A stretch of DNA of 64,000 nt from an uncultured Bacteroidaceae bacterium (GCA_964563025.1 CAZLVK010000003.1:84061-148060); one strand, 5' to 3'; shown: positions 32,601-37,623, counted from the stretch's first letter. Translations and numbers: made by a program. Notes: generated by a model not told the origin, from the sequence alone.

Positions 32601-35600
32601 ATACTCTTATATTCCGTGCCGTTTATGGTGACGTCTTGTGCGGTTCTGCCGATGATATTTGAGGTGATAGGAGTGGTCGAGCAATTCGAGAAATCGAGCG
32701 TAACGTCTATATTTGCGCCGACCGCACCGCCGAGAACAACGCCGGTATCGCGAGTACTGCCCGCTATATTGCCTTCGTTAGCGTCGAGTTCGCCGGCGAC
32801 GAGAGTGCCGTCACTGAACGTAATCGTCGCGCCACCCGTCGTATAGCCGAAAATACCACCGCCGAATGCACCGATATGCGAAACGACTTCTTTATTGTCG
32901 TAATGCCAAACCTCTTTATCATCTTGATAGTCTTGCGTGTAATATGTATCATCGTACATATAGCCAACCTTGAAAATACCGGTGAGGTTTTTGCCGTTGG
33001 TGTCGAGTTGCCCGGCGATACCGCCTACGTAACTGCTACCCGCGACCGTGCCGTAATGTTCGAGAGTGACGTTGGTTGTGTCCGCATTGAGCGTCCACTT
33101 GCCGACGATACCGCCGATATAGTCGTTACCGCTGACGATTGCGGTATTGCGCAGATTTGCCCCGCTTGCGATAGCGTTTTGTACATTGCTGATTTCACCG
33201 ACAATACCGCCAACGTAGTCGTGACCGATTATTCTGCCCGAGTTGTTGCCGTTTATGGTTCCGTATTCGATTCTTCCTGCTATACCGCCCGTATAATTAT
33301 AGCCCGTGACGGCGCCCGTGTTTGAAGTAGTGCTCGGGAGAGTGCTGCCGTACAAAAAACCTGCAATGCCACCGACGTAAGATACATTTTCGGCAGAGAT
33401 TTCTCCTTCGTTCGATACGGTTCCGCCGTTGATTTTGGTATCTTGCGAGAAGCCAAAAATACCGCCCGCGTAATTGCCCGAGCCGTTTGCGGTGATTTTC
33501 CCCGTATTCTTGACGGAAGTGGTGCTTGTGTCAAAGATGACTTGACCTTTGATAGTGGTTGTTGTCTTGCCATCAACTGTAGTAGTATATTTATAGACCG
33601 CCGAATAGCCGATGATACCGCCGACTTGATAACTGCCGGTGACTGCACTTTGGTTTTCTACGGTGCCGGTGAAGTTTGCAAAGCAAAGGTAGCCCGCCAC
33701 ACCGCCGACCGAATGACCTGTTGCGGAGATAGTGCCTTTGTTTGTGACGGTATTGAACGAAATTGTAGTAGCCCAAGAAGAGTTTGTGTCGTCGGAATAT
33801 CCGGTTGCGTAGCCGACGAAACCGCCGACGTAGTTCACGCCCTCGACGGAACCGCTGTTCGTGCAATTCGAGAACGAAAGTGTGTCGTCCGCAGTCGCGC
33901 TCTTGAAGTAGCCGACGTAACCGCCTGCGTAATCACCCGTAGCCTTAACGGCAGCGGAGTGGTTGTTGCTCGTGCTGAACGACTTCGTCGTATATCCGAA
34001 ATATCCGCCGACGTAACTCACGCCGTAAACCGCGGAATGGACGTATGCTCCCGTAACGGTGCCTACGTTATATCCCGCAATACCGCCCGTATAATTCTCC
34101 CAATAATTTGAGGTGCCGACCTGAATGCTGGTTTCGCAATTTTTTATTGTTCCGGCGCTCGCGTTGTAGCCGACGATACCGCCGACGTAGTCTCCGCGCG
34201 TGCCTTTGAATTTGAGTATAACCGAGAAAAATTCCGGTTTGACGTCATATATCGTTACCAAATCGACGCCACTTTTGCCTGTGATAGTACCGGCGTTGTA
34301 TCCGACGACACCACCAAGCATTGCGACGTTTGAAAATGTGGTGTCACCGATTGTTTGCGTTCTGGAAATTCTACTAATTATGCTTATATTGAGAGGCGTG
34401 GTCGAGCAATTCGAGAAATCGAGCGTAACGCCTATATTTGCGCCGACCGCACCGCCGACAAAGTTACCCGTATCTTTTCCTATACTTTCACATGCGTCTA
34501 TTTGTCCCGTAACGATGGTGCCGTTCTCGAACGTAATCTTCGCACCACCCGTCGTATAGCCGAAAATACCGCCGGCAAACGAGCCCGTGTGCGCAACTAT
34601 TTCTTGACTATTATTCCCAGAACTGTCGAGAGCCGTGTAATTCGTTCCGCCGTACGTCGTGCCGACCTTGAAAGTGCCGGTGAGGTTTTTGCCGTTGGTG
34701 TTGAGGTTGCCGACTATTCCGCCGACGTAACTGACACCCGCGACCGTTCCGTAATGTTCGAGAGTGCCGGCTGTGGTATCCGCATCGAGTGTCCAGTTGC
34801 CGACGACACCGCCTACGTTTTCACTATAGAGGAAGTCAAACTCTGAAAATTGGAGTTTACCGCTACCATGAGTGCCGTTGTCTATATAGACATAATAATA
34901 TATATAATCGTAAGTTTTATCGAGGTTATAATTTTTCCTATAATAATTGGTTGAACCAAGCCCTATATCTTCGCTTGAATAAATCTTCGTCCACTTGTAC
35001 CCGTCAGTATTATAATCTTCTTTGTCGGGGTATTCGTAGTTACCGCCACCCGTTGGATACGTAGTTTTGAAATTGTTTGTATAAGCGCCCCAAATGTATA
35101 TGCGTTTAGGCATACGGTTGGTTTGGGAAGCCGTATCGTTAGCGTTCGTTATGCTGAAACCGCTGATTAGCGTACCCGACGCGACTTGCATTACGAAACT
35201 CATCGAGCCTTTTTCTTCGGAGTAATACTTCGTCCCTGTGCTTCCGTCGTTGATTTTATCGATAGTCTGATCCGAGTACCCGTAGGCGTCGTATTGAACA
35301 ATAGAATAATCCTTGTCCCCACCATAAGTCGCAGAGCCGATAACGGAGCCGGTGTTTCTTGCGTTTATAACCGAGCCTTTCGCCATATAACCGACGATAC
35401 CGCCGACGTTTATACCGCCGTTGATCGTCCCGCTGTTTTCGCAAGCCGACGTGTTCCCTATCGTAAGAGTTGAGTAACTGAACCCGACAAGACCGCCTAT
35501 GCCCCTCTGTCCCGTTATAGCACCGCTGTTGCTACTGCCGTTTATCGTGACCGTACTTGTCGCATTTGCGTATCCGACAAGACCACCTACGCACGAACGA

Positions 35601-37396
35601 GTATTGCCAGAGCTATCCGTAGTAATGCTTGTGCCCGTGACGGTTGCTTCGTTTCTGCAACCCGAAATGGTGAGTGTTGCGCCATCCGCAAAACCTACGA
35701 GACCGCCGACCTGAATGCCCGCGGTGACTGAACCTTTGGTGGTGCAATTCGTAATCGTGACCGTACCCGAGACGTGCCCAGCGAGCACTGCGTGGGAGTT
35801 TGTCGAAGTCCCCGAGCAAGTGCCGTTGACTGTGAGGTCGTATATATTAGCCCCGCTGCCGAGGTTTCCGAACAACCCCGAATATTTCTGATCGGGAATG
35901 ACCAACCCGCTGATTGTACAGCCGTTGCCATTTATCGACCCTTTGAATTGACTTAATTCTGTGCCTATGGGTGTGAACGACGGACCAATGAAATCCAACT
36001 CAGCCATTTGGATTGTACTTCCGCTATTACACTCTGCGGTAATATTAAAATATCGATAGCAACCTAAATTCGATAGCGTGCCGGTGAAATATTGACTGCT
36101 TGACTTATCGTATTCGTCGGGCAGTGAGGTCGTAAGCGTAACCCAATTTATATTGTCGTTTGAGCCTTTTATCGTGATGCTTTTGAATCTACGGTCATTG
36201 TATTTTGATTCTGTATCGGCACCGTTGTATAGTCGGTACTTTCGGACCGATATTGCGTAGCCGTAGTCTATCTTGACGTCCAGTTTGCCATTCGTACTCT
36301 GGCAATACTTTGTGCTTATGTCTCCGTCAAATAACTTAGCAATTTCTTCACCCGAATTACCTTCGGTTGCGACAGATAAAACCTCTGCTTCTTTCATGCT
36401 ATAGATTCTATCCGAATCATCGCTTAGCATATCGATTGTGCGCCCGCCGGCTGAATATGCGGTTTGTCCGTTAGCCGAATTAGGTTCTACGATATAATAC
36501 GCCGAAACAAAGTCTGAATCTCCGCGATTTACCTTGTCCGAGAATAAATCGAAGTCCGAACGATTGCGGAGTTTATACGGATCTGCTTCCGTTCCGCTTC
36601 CCGGCAAAGAATACGTGCCCTCTATAGAGATTGAAATATCTCTGACTTGTGCAAGGTGTCTTACCTTGTTCTGGTATGAGCCCGATTTCCTTGTAAAACT
36701 ACCGGTAAGTCTAATCTGAATACTTCCACTGCTGTCAACCGTAGCTGTAAGAGAATTTGAACCCGAACTTGTTTCTTTCTTGTCTCTGTTTCCGTACTCA
36801 CTTGCCTTAACCGAAGCGACATTCACAGACGATGAACCGGCTATTACCGAAAGAGTTGCCGTTGATGTGTGTGTCTTATTGTTAGAACTATTACTACCTG
36901 CCGTCTTTGCATAAATATAACCGGTACTGACGTTAATTTTCGTAATGGTCAAACCCTCTTCGGGAACGAGCGTCAAATATGAATATCCACTATACGAATA
37001 TTCGGCTTTATCAGCGCTGTTTGCTTCTATACCCGCGCCGTCGCCGTCCAAAATCGTTGTATATTTAATAGTAGGGCTGGATTGATCAGTGCATACGTAA
37101 GTCCAATAGCCTATTGCAGCCTCTTTTGTGCTGTCATCTGTGTTGTCCCAAGTTTCGTCGAGAGAAAAAGTCGTGCCGTCGATGGCGGAGGCAGAAATAA
37201 TGATTTTGTTGCTACTGTCGATGGAGTAGTATTTGCCAGCGGTAGCGTCGGCGGTTTGGGAACCGCTCTCATTGATTACGTCAGTGTAGAGAATTGCGGA
37301 GAGAGTGACTCCGAGGACGAGGGTGAAGAGCAAAGCAAAAACAGCGAGACGAGTCGCTTTGGTGATGAATGAAGTTTTTGCGCTTGCTGATTTCAT
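17633..37396 (-). CDS. Giant surface protein (6,587 aa): N-terminal signal-anchor, GLUG-motif beta-helix arrays, two discoidin-like domains, YDG/MBG-like repeat region
   Basis: One uninterrupted ORF. Very many GG[IVLF][VAIF]G...(N/S)C repeats typical of GLUG-motif beta-helices. Start set at ATG 37396 (MKSASAKTSF, AAGGA RBS) because the first 22 codons of the tracked ORF lie inside an intergenic repeat. Confidence 0.85.
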   Translation of the reverse strand: MKSASAKTSFITKATRLAVFALLFTLVLGVTLSAILYTDVINESGSQTADATAGKYYSIDSSNKIIISASAIDGTTFSLDETWDNTDDSTKEAAIGYWTYVCTDQSSPTIKYTTILDGDGAGIEANSADKAEYSYSGYSYLTLVPEEGLTITKINVSTGYIYAKTAGSNSSNNKTHTSTATLSVIAGSSSVNVASVKASEYGNRDKKETSSGSNSLTATVDSSGSIQIRLTGSFTRKSGSYQNKVRHLAQVRDISISIEGTYSLPGSGTEADPYKLRNRSDFDLFSDKVNRGDSDFVSAYYIVEPNSANGQTAYSAGGRTIDMLSDDSDRIYSMKEAEVLSVATEGNSGEEIAKLFDGDISTKYCQSTNGKLDVKIDYGYAISVRKYRLYNGADTESKYNDRRFKSITIKGSNDNINWVTLTTSLPDEYDKSSSQYFTGTLSNLGCYRYFNITAECNSGSTIQMAELDFIGPSFTPIGTELSQFKGSINGNGCTISGLVIPDQKYSGLFGNLGSGANIYDLTVNGTCSGTSTNSHAVLAGHVSGTVTITNCTTKGSVTAGIQVGGLVGFADGATLTISGCRNEATVTGTSITTDSSGNTRSCVGGLVGYANATSTVTINGSSNSGAITGQRGIGGLVGFSYSTLTIGNTSACENSGTINGGINVGGIVGYMAKGSVINARNTGSVIGSATYGGDKDYSIVQYDAYGYSDQTIDKINDGSTGTKYYSEEKGSMSFVMQVASGTLISGFSITNANDTASQTNRMPKRIYIWGAYTNNFKTTYPTGGGNYEYPDKEDYNTDGYKWTKIYSSEDIGLGSTNYYRKNYNLDKTYDYIYYYVYIDNGTHGSGKLQFSEFDFLYSENVGGVVGNWTLDADTTAGTLEHYGTVAGVSYVGGIVGNLNTNGKNLTGTFKVGTTYGGTNYTALDSSGNNSQEIVAHTGSFAGGIFGYTTGGAKITFENGTIVTGQIDACESIGKDTGNFVGGAVGANIGVTLDFSNCSTTPLNISIISRISRTQTIGDTTFSNVAMLGGVVGYNAGTITGKSGVDLVTIYDVKPEFFSVILKFKGTRGDYVGGIVGYNASAGTIKNCETSIQVGTSNYWENYTGGIAGYNVGTVTGAYVHSAVYGVSYVGGYFGYTTKSFSTSNNHSAAVKATGDYAGGYVGYFKSATADDTLSFSNCTNSGSVEGVNYVGGFVGYATGYSDDTNSSWATTISFNTVTNKGTISATGHSVGGVAGYLCFANFTGTVENQSAVTGSYQVGGIIGYSAVYKYTTTVDGKTTTTIKGQVIFDTSTTSVKNTGKITANGSGNYAGGIFGFSQDTKINGGTVSNEGEISAENVSYVGGIAGFLYGSTLPSTTSNTGAVTGYNYTGGIAGRIEYGTINGNNSGRIIGHDYVGGIVGEISNVQNAIASGANLRNTAIVSGNDYIGGIVGKWTLNADTTNVTLEHYGTVAGSSYVGGIAGQLDTNGKNLTGIFKVGYMYDDTYYTQDYQDDKEVWHYDNKEVVSHIGAFGGGIFGYTTGGATITFSDGTLVAGELDANEGNIAGSTRDTGVVLGGAVGANIDVTLDFSNCSTTPITSNIIGRTAQDVTINGTEYKSIGMLGGVVGYNSGTLIGKADINIISTGSIFNVVNGGYVGGVVGYNTGTIKNCRSGVTTIGGNLYRANYTGGVIGYNSSADVSGIYADSNIYGYSQIGGYIGHSAVEFTFSGLTYTKSISAWGSYVGGFVGYATQKTTFNNCTNSGTIVGTGNRVGGFIGEGTEVVFTGSNVNTGVITGGSYNTNTGERSNGDYTGGFVGNATTRGTFAHLVNTGKVTAYGNYTGGIIGSANNVAFTYCYNKSVISGYQYVGGIVGGGSGNTITNCYVEIDSSSKIEATSGSNVGGIVGTTAGTTTDSWAFYYGSVYTDHNTGTTASTGKYVLIYSNISQKVYPCTVSGSTFTDCSSWDNIKTKDINGFYIASGVKTENGNYLSLRKASNVISGTLSLGAYATPNSLENTTANSDGSVTFGKIKYKSDFAGNIDVRFAAIENITYNNGTDNVNLIYEHESKIKYYNWNGNITGYSAVFTTTSGDDVNVSTGGFKYKVEIKASSQIFGQKLNNQGVTIQPYDISSSDAVYGYSGSAYGMSKYSFLYNITSFKDNTEIGVIEYDSNTWSGYKTKFYIVSDRKARDANGYLTNVSNAYMYGSGYTYATITVTHSTPATSDGVLVDRLQKKQWTKFEGSGNFTGEVTLYYTLIDSDFGVLDGKTRDKTWGSESNPFVISNWIYLQRLSDIVNGTMQPIDSVKNYSKLTSADTNAKTIFYDGCYFVVTADIAIPDGIIFNPIGGYAIGSATSYNQGVTSATSPKSTSVSYFGGNIESDISTTTRSITIGDHLNYADGTNRHFLGLFGYVYGNSSKAGVKNIAVLGNVNSGGGDYVGGVVGYANNAVIDSCYVNASGTTAYTVGGNDYVGSIVGYLGKGSELYGNISSSSYLTVAGANYVGGFIGAIEQGAGYDAGGSTYVVGNNGDKVLKLVNYATISTNTDSEYVGGIVGAIGKDTDTSSTNITKFAPEIARNLSNISGQNYIGGIVGAVWGSNVIALENAENSDADTWSYNGTYSGDDVYTVAGTDNIGGIAGYLGAGNNLFTRVFSTATVSGGSFVGGLVGQVKGGSFVSCFVSEPGTKTVEAGTDKVNANTQYAGGLAGSADGANVSFTDCYVQGFNWSRVSASSGGVAGYASSTVKFENSWALYLADGADYTTVSPNANGKYIIADSNFATSTANIYEMAIFAGLLTSTAQYSAGKTNTSYLGKGIIPLGVTLPTPGTLSDATTKAQIVFYDASGTETATDNKFDAENDSASASMIYIYLGVDAESMSVCARQVVFNNVSDYTSETAWENAYLSLTKPIQNREKQYTADVTLTNTAGPYAGTFKISFIANYTVSGSTVTGTAVFVSRNVSFSYKNNTEVAPLIINDMDDWTSFANAVRGTDGTYTGYVKLTANIGTTSNPVTLPAGYNSTSDVNKFRFGGTFDGNGYTITVRLWASALGSNNEIGLFPQAAGATFKNLTIAGSVGVVKLDENNNPTADASASGNDIGAFVGIARGDLTFLNCKNQAYVSGGLGHNTGGLVGTAHDDNDDDGTAGPLTYNVTFVDCVNEGTVISAGNYGSKGEVSFGVGGIMGTTGSDIGSEVTFESCRNAAAVASDANVGGILGVSANECIIRNCGNTGNIIGTDDTDDTCVGGIAGIGTEAGSLNIYASYNSGQVVAQGNKAGGILGGDSEYTSASGTTCIYYCYNTGSVYTGGLTARTKGGVGVQAGGIIGTMTDVDIQYCYNVGTITANGIVYLGANTQPEARVGGIAGYSSSGAKIKMDYCYNVGLIVIGANLDTTWFNEEKNEADYGAGIIGLITGNFYNSNVTIGDHNFSLKWQVYRPNKSSGTGNKPDGGKSGTNYKNYKWQTYCEYETNYSYSGTILPSIADLTAAYFSGSSERIVPLTANRNYNSCTANDESNSTVTFGATGSAAVMNTKGTKTYGGATTVTATGVNTGIENGSLGGYIYVYGCLPQLACFALDTKNGLAMTSMGYGYDEVNEQYVLQPAGGEHNPYIIKDGIDLMSLTAITQPNPSHYDFDGEYIEFADSTNNLAGDICTYINLPTDENGLANAYKFANNGGTLTEGKSYHIYKYGAVIQRKKNYYETGTNSYTQWKNRNTYYDESSSAFTASTATAPISAVNYYPVGMFGNSADRTFKGTINGSLKTINANNIHQTDWDGTSKAEVRGLKLDRTIGHSADIYAGLFAFIEDATVANIKVSGTITGRAISSGKNVHAGLVGYAMGESVLDGLETASLTIQAINKTGNTRTNAVGGILGVAEPAKEETITIKNCIVGSANVVGDTKIIGFGPNIGGIIGVSSSRTKDEVAADASAQVIVENCNVRSAEVNSDKAVGTLVGGIVGKCDDVGSLTVTGSSVGSIGTTTTSTDNQKVKIYGSYSIGGIAGNAVANANSNMAFIDCTVYGDVLIQRIGTTNDGTFGTAIGGIVGYISNDATAFSLFRGTLGFHGTIDATLASTEKVYNIGGAVGYMGTSAVFDSIDVHIYGKINTPTSGTVENVGGFAGYGAGGTLDGTFFVAPTLSCANANYVGGFIGLNGGNTAITRTSEIYTAKEDGTSGKASTKGGAITGKYYVGGFIGGNTASGDNGLYIGAKEFLGASYGSDGDFAIIELYSSVDGKAYIGGFLGRNEGNLYGEYCQVNNYGQVGASSTGTSSNYVEIIGGIVGSNGGSAKISFGTDATFQNDGQVGNSTYKTAYQKFVGGILGANAGAFANSGTLVNTGSVYGYEYVGGAIGLLISGNISGKLANGVKADGTAFAMDSDALACTDSTTGNASVTAVSNVGGVIGAMLGGASITATTATTELYNYGKVTATADISNAGGIIGLMYGKIEGTSANKVTFANYGEVNANSFAGGIIGVVDGLVNYASFTNYSASMTFGGNTAMGGAIGLITTGYGNDYYPTTTLGESVSSTVPKYADNNQSTHITDSYFAYEPATEGNTVSVTATGTTPDTPYTINNKNYAGGLGGVIGVIDASDIDDKADWSGNSYYVNGSVYGTGVDGVGGFVGAINGAKVIIDNMLVYLSTVSGRYNVGGIVGYNGSSVTDEASIVNCFNVKGEVIGSLKNGKSTYGGIVGYAATYADDSYTYTDGSYWIKESDNNTLNKVDPDNISGTLDAAFNVAGEEDKSGYGTYLDAETTFETVTNTDTEIKTISTTKYGQLYSDDNGTAINANNKAGMSTTLYYKTTTVTTTSTYDSNESEWTTTSSTSYKYTAIIGTPANTLNFSLAYMSAHPDEPSALGYTSWAELATTYNSELVYNSALGYGSYGAAGNIVYTTGDIQHGFFYVYATDVGSIKVDIQGSELAQWNIIANTPVKGEINDSQMTYNSGAIETGHIYTTATVPDGTGYYVYFYGTTPNPGDSDAESDYSALSVHGKTSSGATGTIYFDWDTTQYEKDANGNNTKYGAVGNVLIYYKKTTMESGLVYNGQQRYAPITGMTYNTTSETVDSSAKMNQSYYYFDGTADGSVNTATDAGTYDVKANIWFVDSAGNKITIGSVDSTKNNEYKWTINKRDLVLTDNTNTTVGTYDGTYKHYVEFIVENSVYECINNDDLKNILGLTAENVTVTAVEKSSSMPTVGTNSTTAYYSYKDGESSKDVNDCGYTVLSDGAYGKAESVQTYTYTVRVYFCGAGSHSVGVTTNDSNIGKNYSLAETTLTVQVNRRKLTVTATWSEKNNDGEYEFNGGASYQGVTKITIGGNGTNEGFVGNDAQSVTFTITATAKVGSSTNDKLITVGEMTSQGTSSVYYDIQATDAATYTVTVEAPSSATGAAKNYVVSGAGTFTWTIDKYIISKSGVTLKTTTVTYDGKAHYIDTSAGEGTSSTNTEDVGKETVTFRVNVTYSGDGVSNNVAVNAGNYTATLATDGGGSGTGTVDRLTDCLSKAENRLDNYDIVFTGLTSGTATLTIEPAKINLTSWDVGSYVYLNKEQGPSVTGATVGGETISSGNISYSNGVLTISNIFDNNETVELTATNFRKKDAGDYTAKVTVISSVSGTNATGSDTVVGNYELGTGLTQAYSIAKSKIEFTYTGTVGDKVYDGTSTYSNFGTTSYRVSTTNEGDTSKSAISLSSAVYMNGSTAVSDTNAKTGVNAYTVRFTASLKDTKNYEWASGNTYTTSATAHITPKGLTVTLNDSNGRAYKSFDNNYEYASVESSGATSAKSKSQRTGKGITVSGFVANQASITVTVNFREEDRTNRAGFDEYVNGIFKDGETYKSGGAYNKMLEVALSSSDNSSYLNYYIAYVNRKSGSANVTIGDTYKNTQIYVLCNGSEVTNGSTINSVRAYTSNLTIEITKYTAKANYSNTSQSYANADNTYNTDWVEVSGTLRVPSSWNLDVEVKVANGWMKNSDGTAKEYTKYTRIVGSTTKSDLGATLSSATGKDLCITLRNQPTLIIGYFVVKDGSYQVGSAAGLLIATEYYKGNFKNETDETSGDDEKAYNFVVVPMAVPTDVELDVTTYPTTWEDFLEAYYTKYNESYDITKHSAYPTYQSIAEQYKKDTGLDLEEPAYGDYFIEDEKGNVIEKHGYYYWQPIEVEVPTYTDFVQVNDFDMIVTDLDAQIIKEAFGENWESSGYLTNVILFKVGSVVILSDSVFTGDFNGSYDGAGYTINHLTILATVTSGDTANIGMFAHLGTSDGVENVSTVKSVNLRNANIQVYDTRTSGTLNVGGIVGYNQSVNVLSDCTFHGTITVTSGATVNAGGLVGKDEASVADFTIGETTVSNTPVYGGTVIATITVIASTANVGGIVGLAYTGNTYSGVVSVSEIYVTASTANAGGILGAVNTGSATVTDGYYLQKAIYGVNNGTYVSKSNAYGTAKSYDELYNGSNTNYNNGVMGETANQNGTYDFVSDVQPQASASETADVAPRESMRLADIIDTHVLGYKLSTTNITVDTNKTATAYQKATVSELVGNANGTTDSRIGIAHQQHLSLIYAFNYMNFELKKHIVMYTGYELKSSPEAFIGSMTSNGYFVNVRTATASETTPTPFKYSDESINWITTLDSVTQG
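32110..33130 (-). repeat. Intragenic duplication, copy B (~340 codons)
   Basis: The protein segment NDYIGGIVGKWTLNADTT...TTFNNCTNSGTIVGTGNRVGGFIG is collinear with copy A. A 59-nt stretch (32675-32733) matches 34400-34458 with 1 mismatch. Confidence 0.8.
33800..34820 (-). repeat. Intragenic duplication, copy A (~340 codons)
   Basis: ENVGGVVGNWTLDADTT...LSFSNCTNSGSVEGVNYVGGFVG is collinear with copy B. They also share ccacccgtcgtatagccgaaaatacc (34546-34571 and 32831-32856). Confidence 0.8.
34825..35290 (-). other. Discoidin (F5/8 type C)-like domain 2 inside the giant protein
   Basis: TIDKINDGSTGTKYYSEEKGSMSFVMQVASGTLISGFSITNANDTASQTNRMPKRIYIWGA...LQFSEFDF resembles the carbohydrate-binding discoidin pattern. 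Confidence 0.55.
35985..36400 (-). other. Discoidin (F5/8 type C)-like domain 1 inside the giant protein
   Basis: EIAKLFDGDISTKYCQSTNGKLDVKIDYGYAISVRKYRLYNGADTESKYNDRRFKSITIKGSNDNINWVTL...IQMAELDF. Confidence 0.6.
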
Positions 37397-37417
37397 GATT
37401 TGTCCTTTATCGGTTAT

Positions 37418-37528
37418 CCTTTCCAGGAGATTGCCACGCAACTCCGTTGCTCGCAATGACAATATGAGTTTGTCATTCAGAGGAGTACGTTAGTACGACG
37501 AAGGAATCTCCCGGAAGGGAAACGGCAG
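37418..37528. repeat. Composite hairpin repeat (module Y 37418-37466, module X 37472-37528) inside the giant-gene leader
   Basis: Same modules as 1-111 but in the order Y then X. Stem positions co-vary between copies (attGc/gCaat vs attCc/gGaat; gtAc/gTac vs gtGc/gCac; cCc/gGg vs cGc/gCg). Confidence 0.8.
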
Positions 37529-37583
37529 TCGATTAGTGCACTTATGCGCATACGCTACGCATACACGCGATTATCACACTATC

Positions 37584-37612
37584 ATTTTATAACGAGAATA
37601 TATGTTTGGCAA
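37584..37612 (-). promoter_or_regulatory. Candidate promoter of the giant-adhesin operon
   Basis: On the minus strand: TTGCCA, 17 nt, TAAAAT, then gatag. Its architecture and downstream leader parallel the promoter at 37972-38000. Confidence 0.5.
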
Positions 37613-37623
37613 GTGTTTTCTTT

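Noticed and set aside
37397-37462. N-terminal 22 codons of the tracked giant ORF (MSLRATELRGNLLERITDKGQI)
   Set aside because: These codons translate repeat module Y, which also occurs in non-coding contexts. The next ATG (37396) has an AAGGA RBS and starts the basic-plus-hydrophobic signal region.
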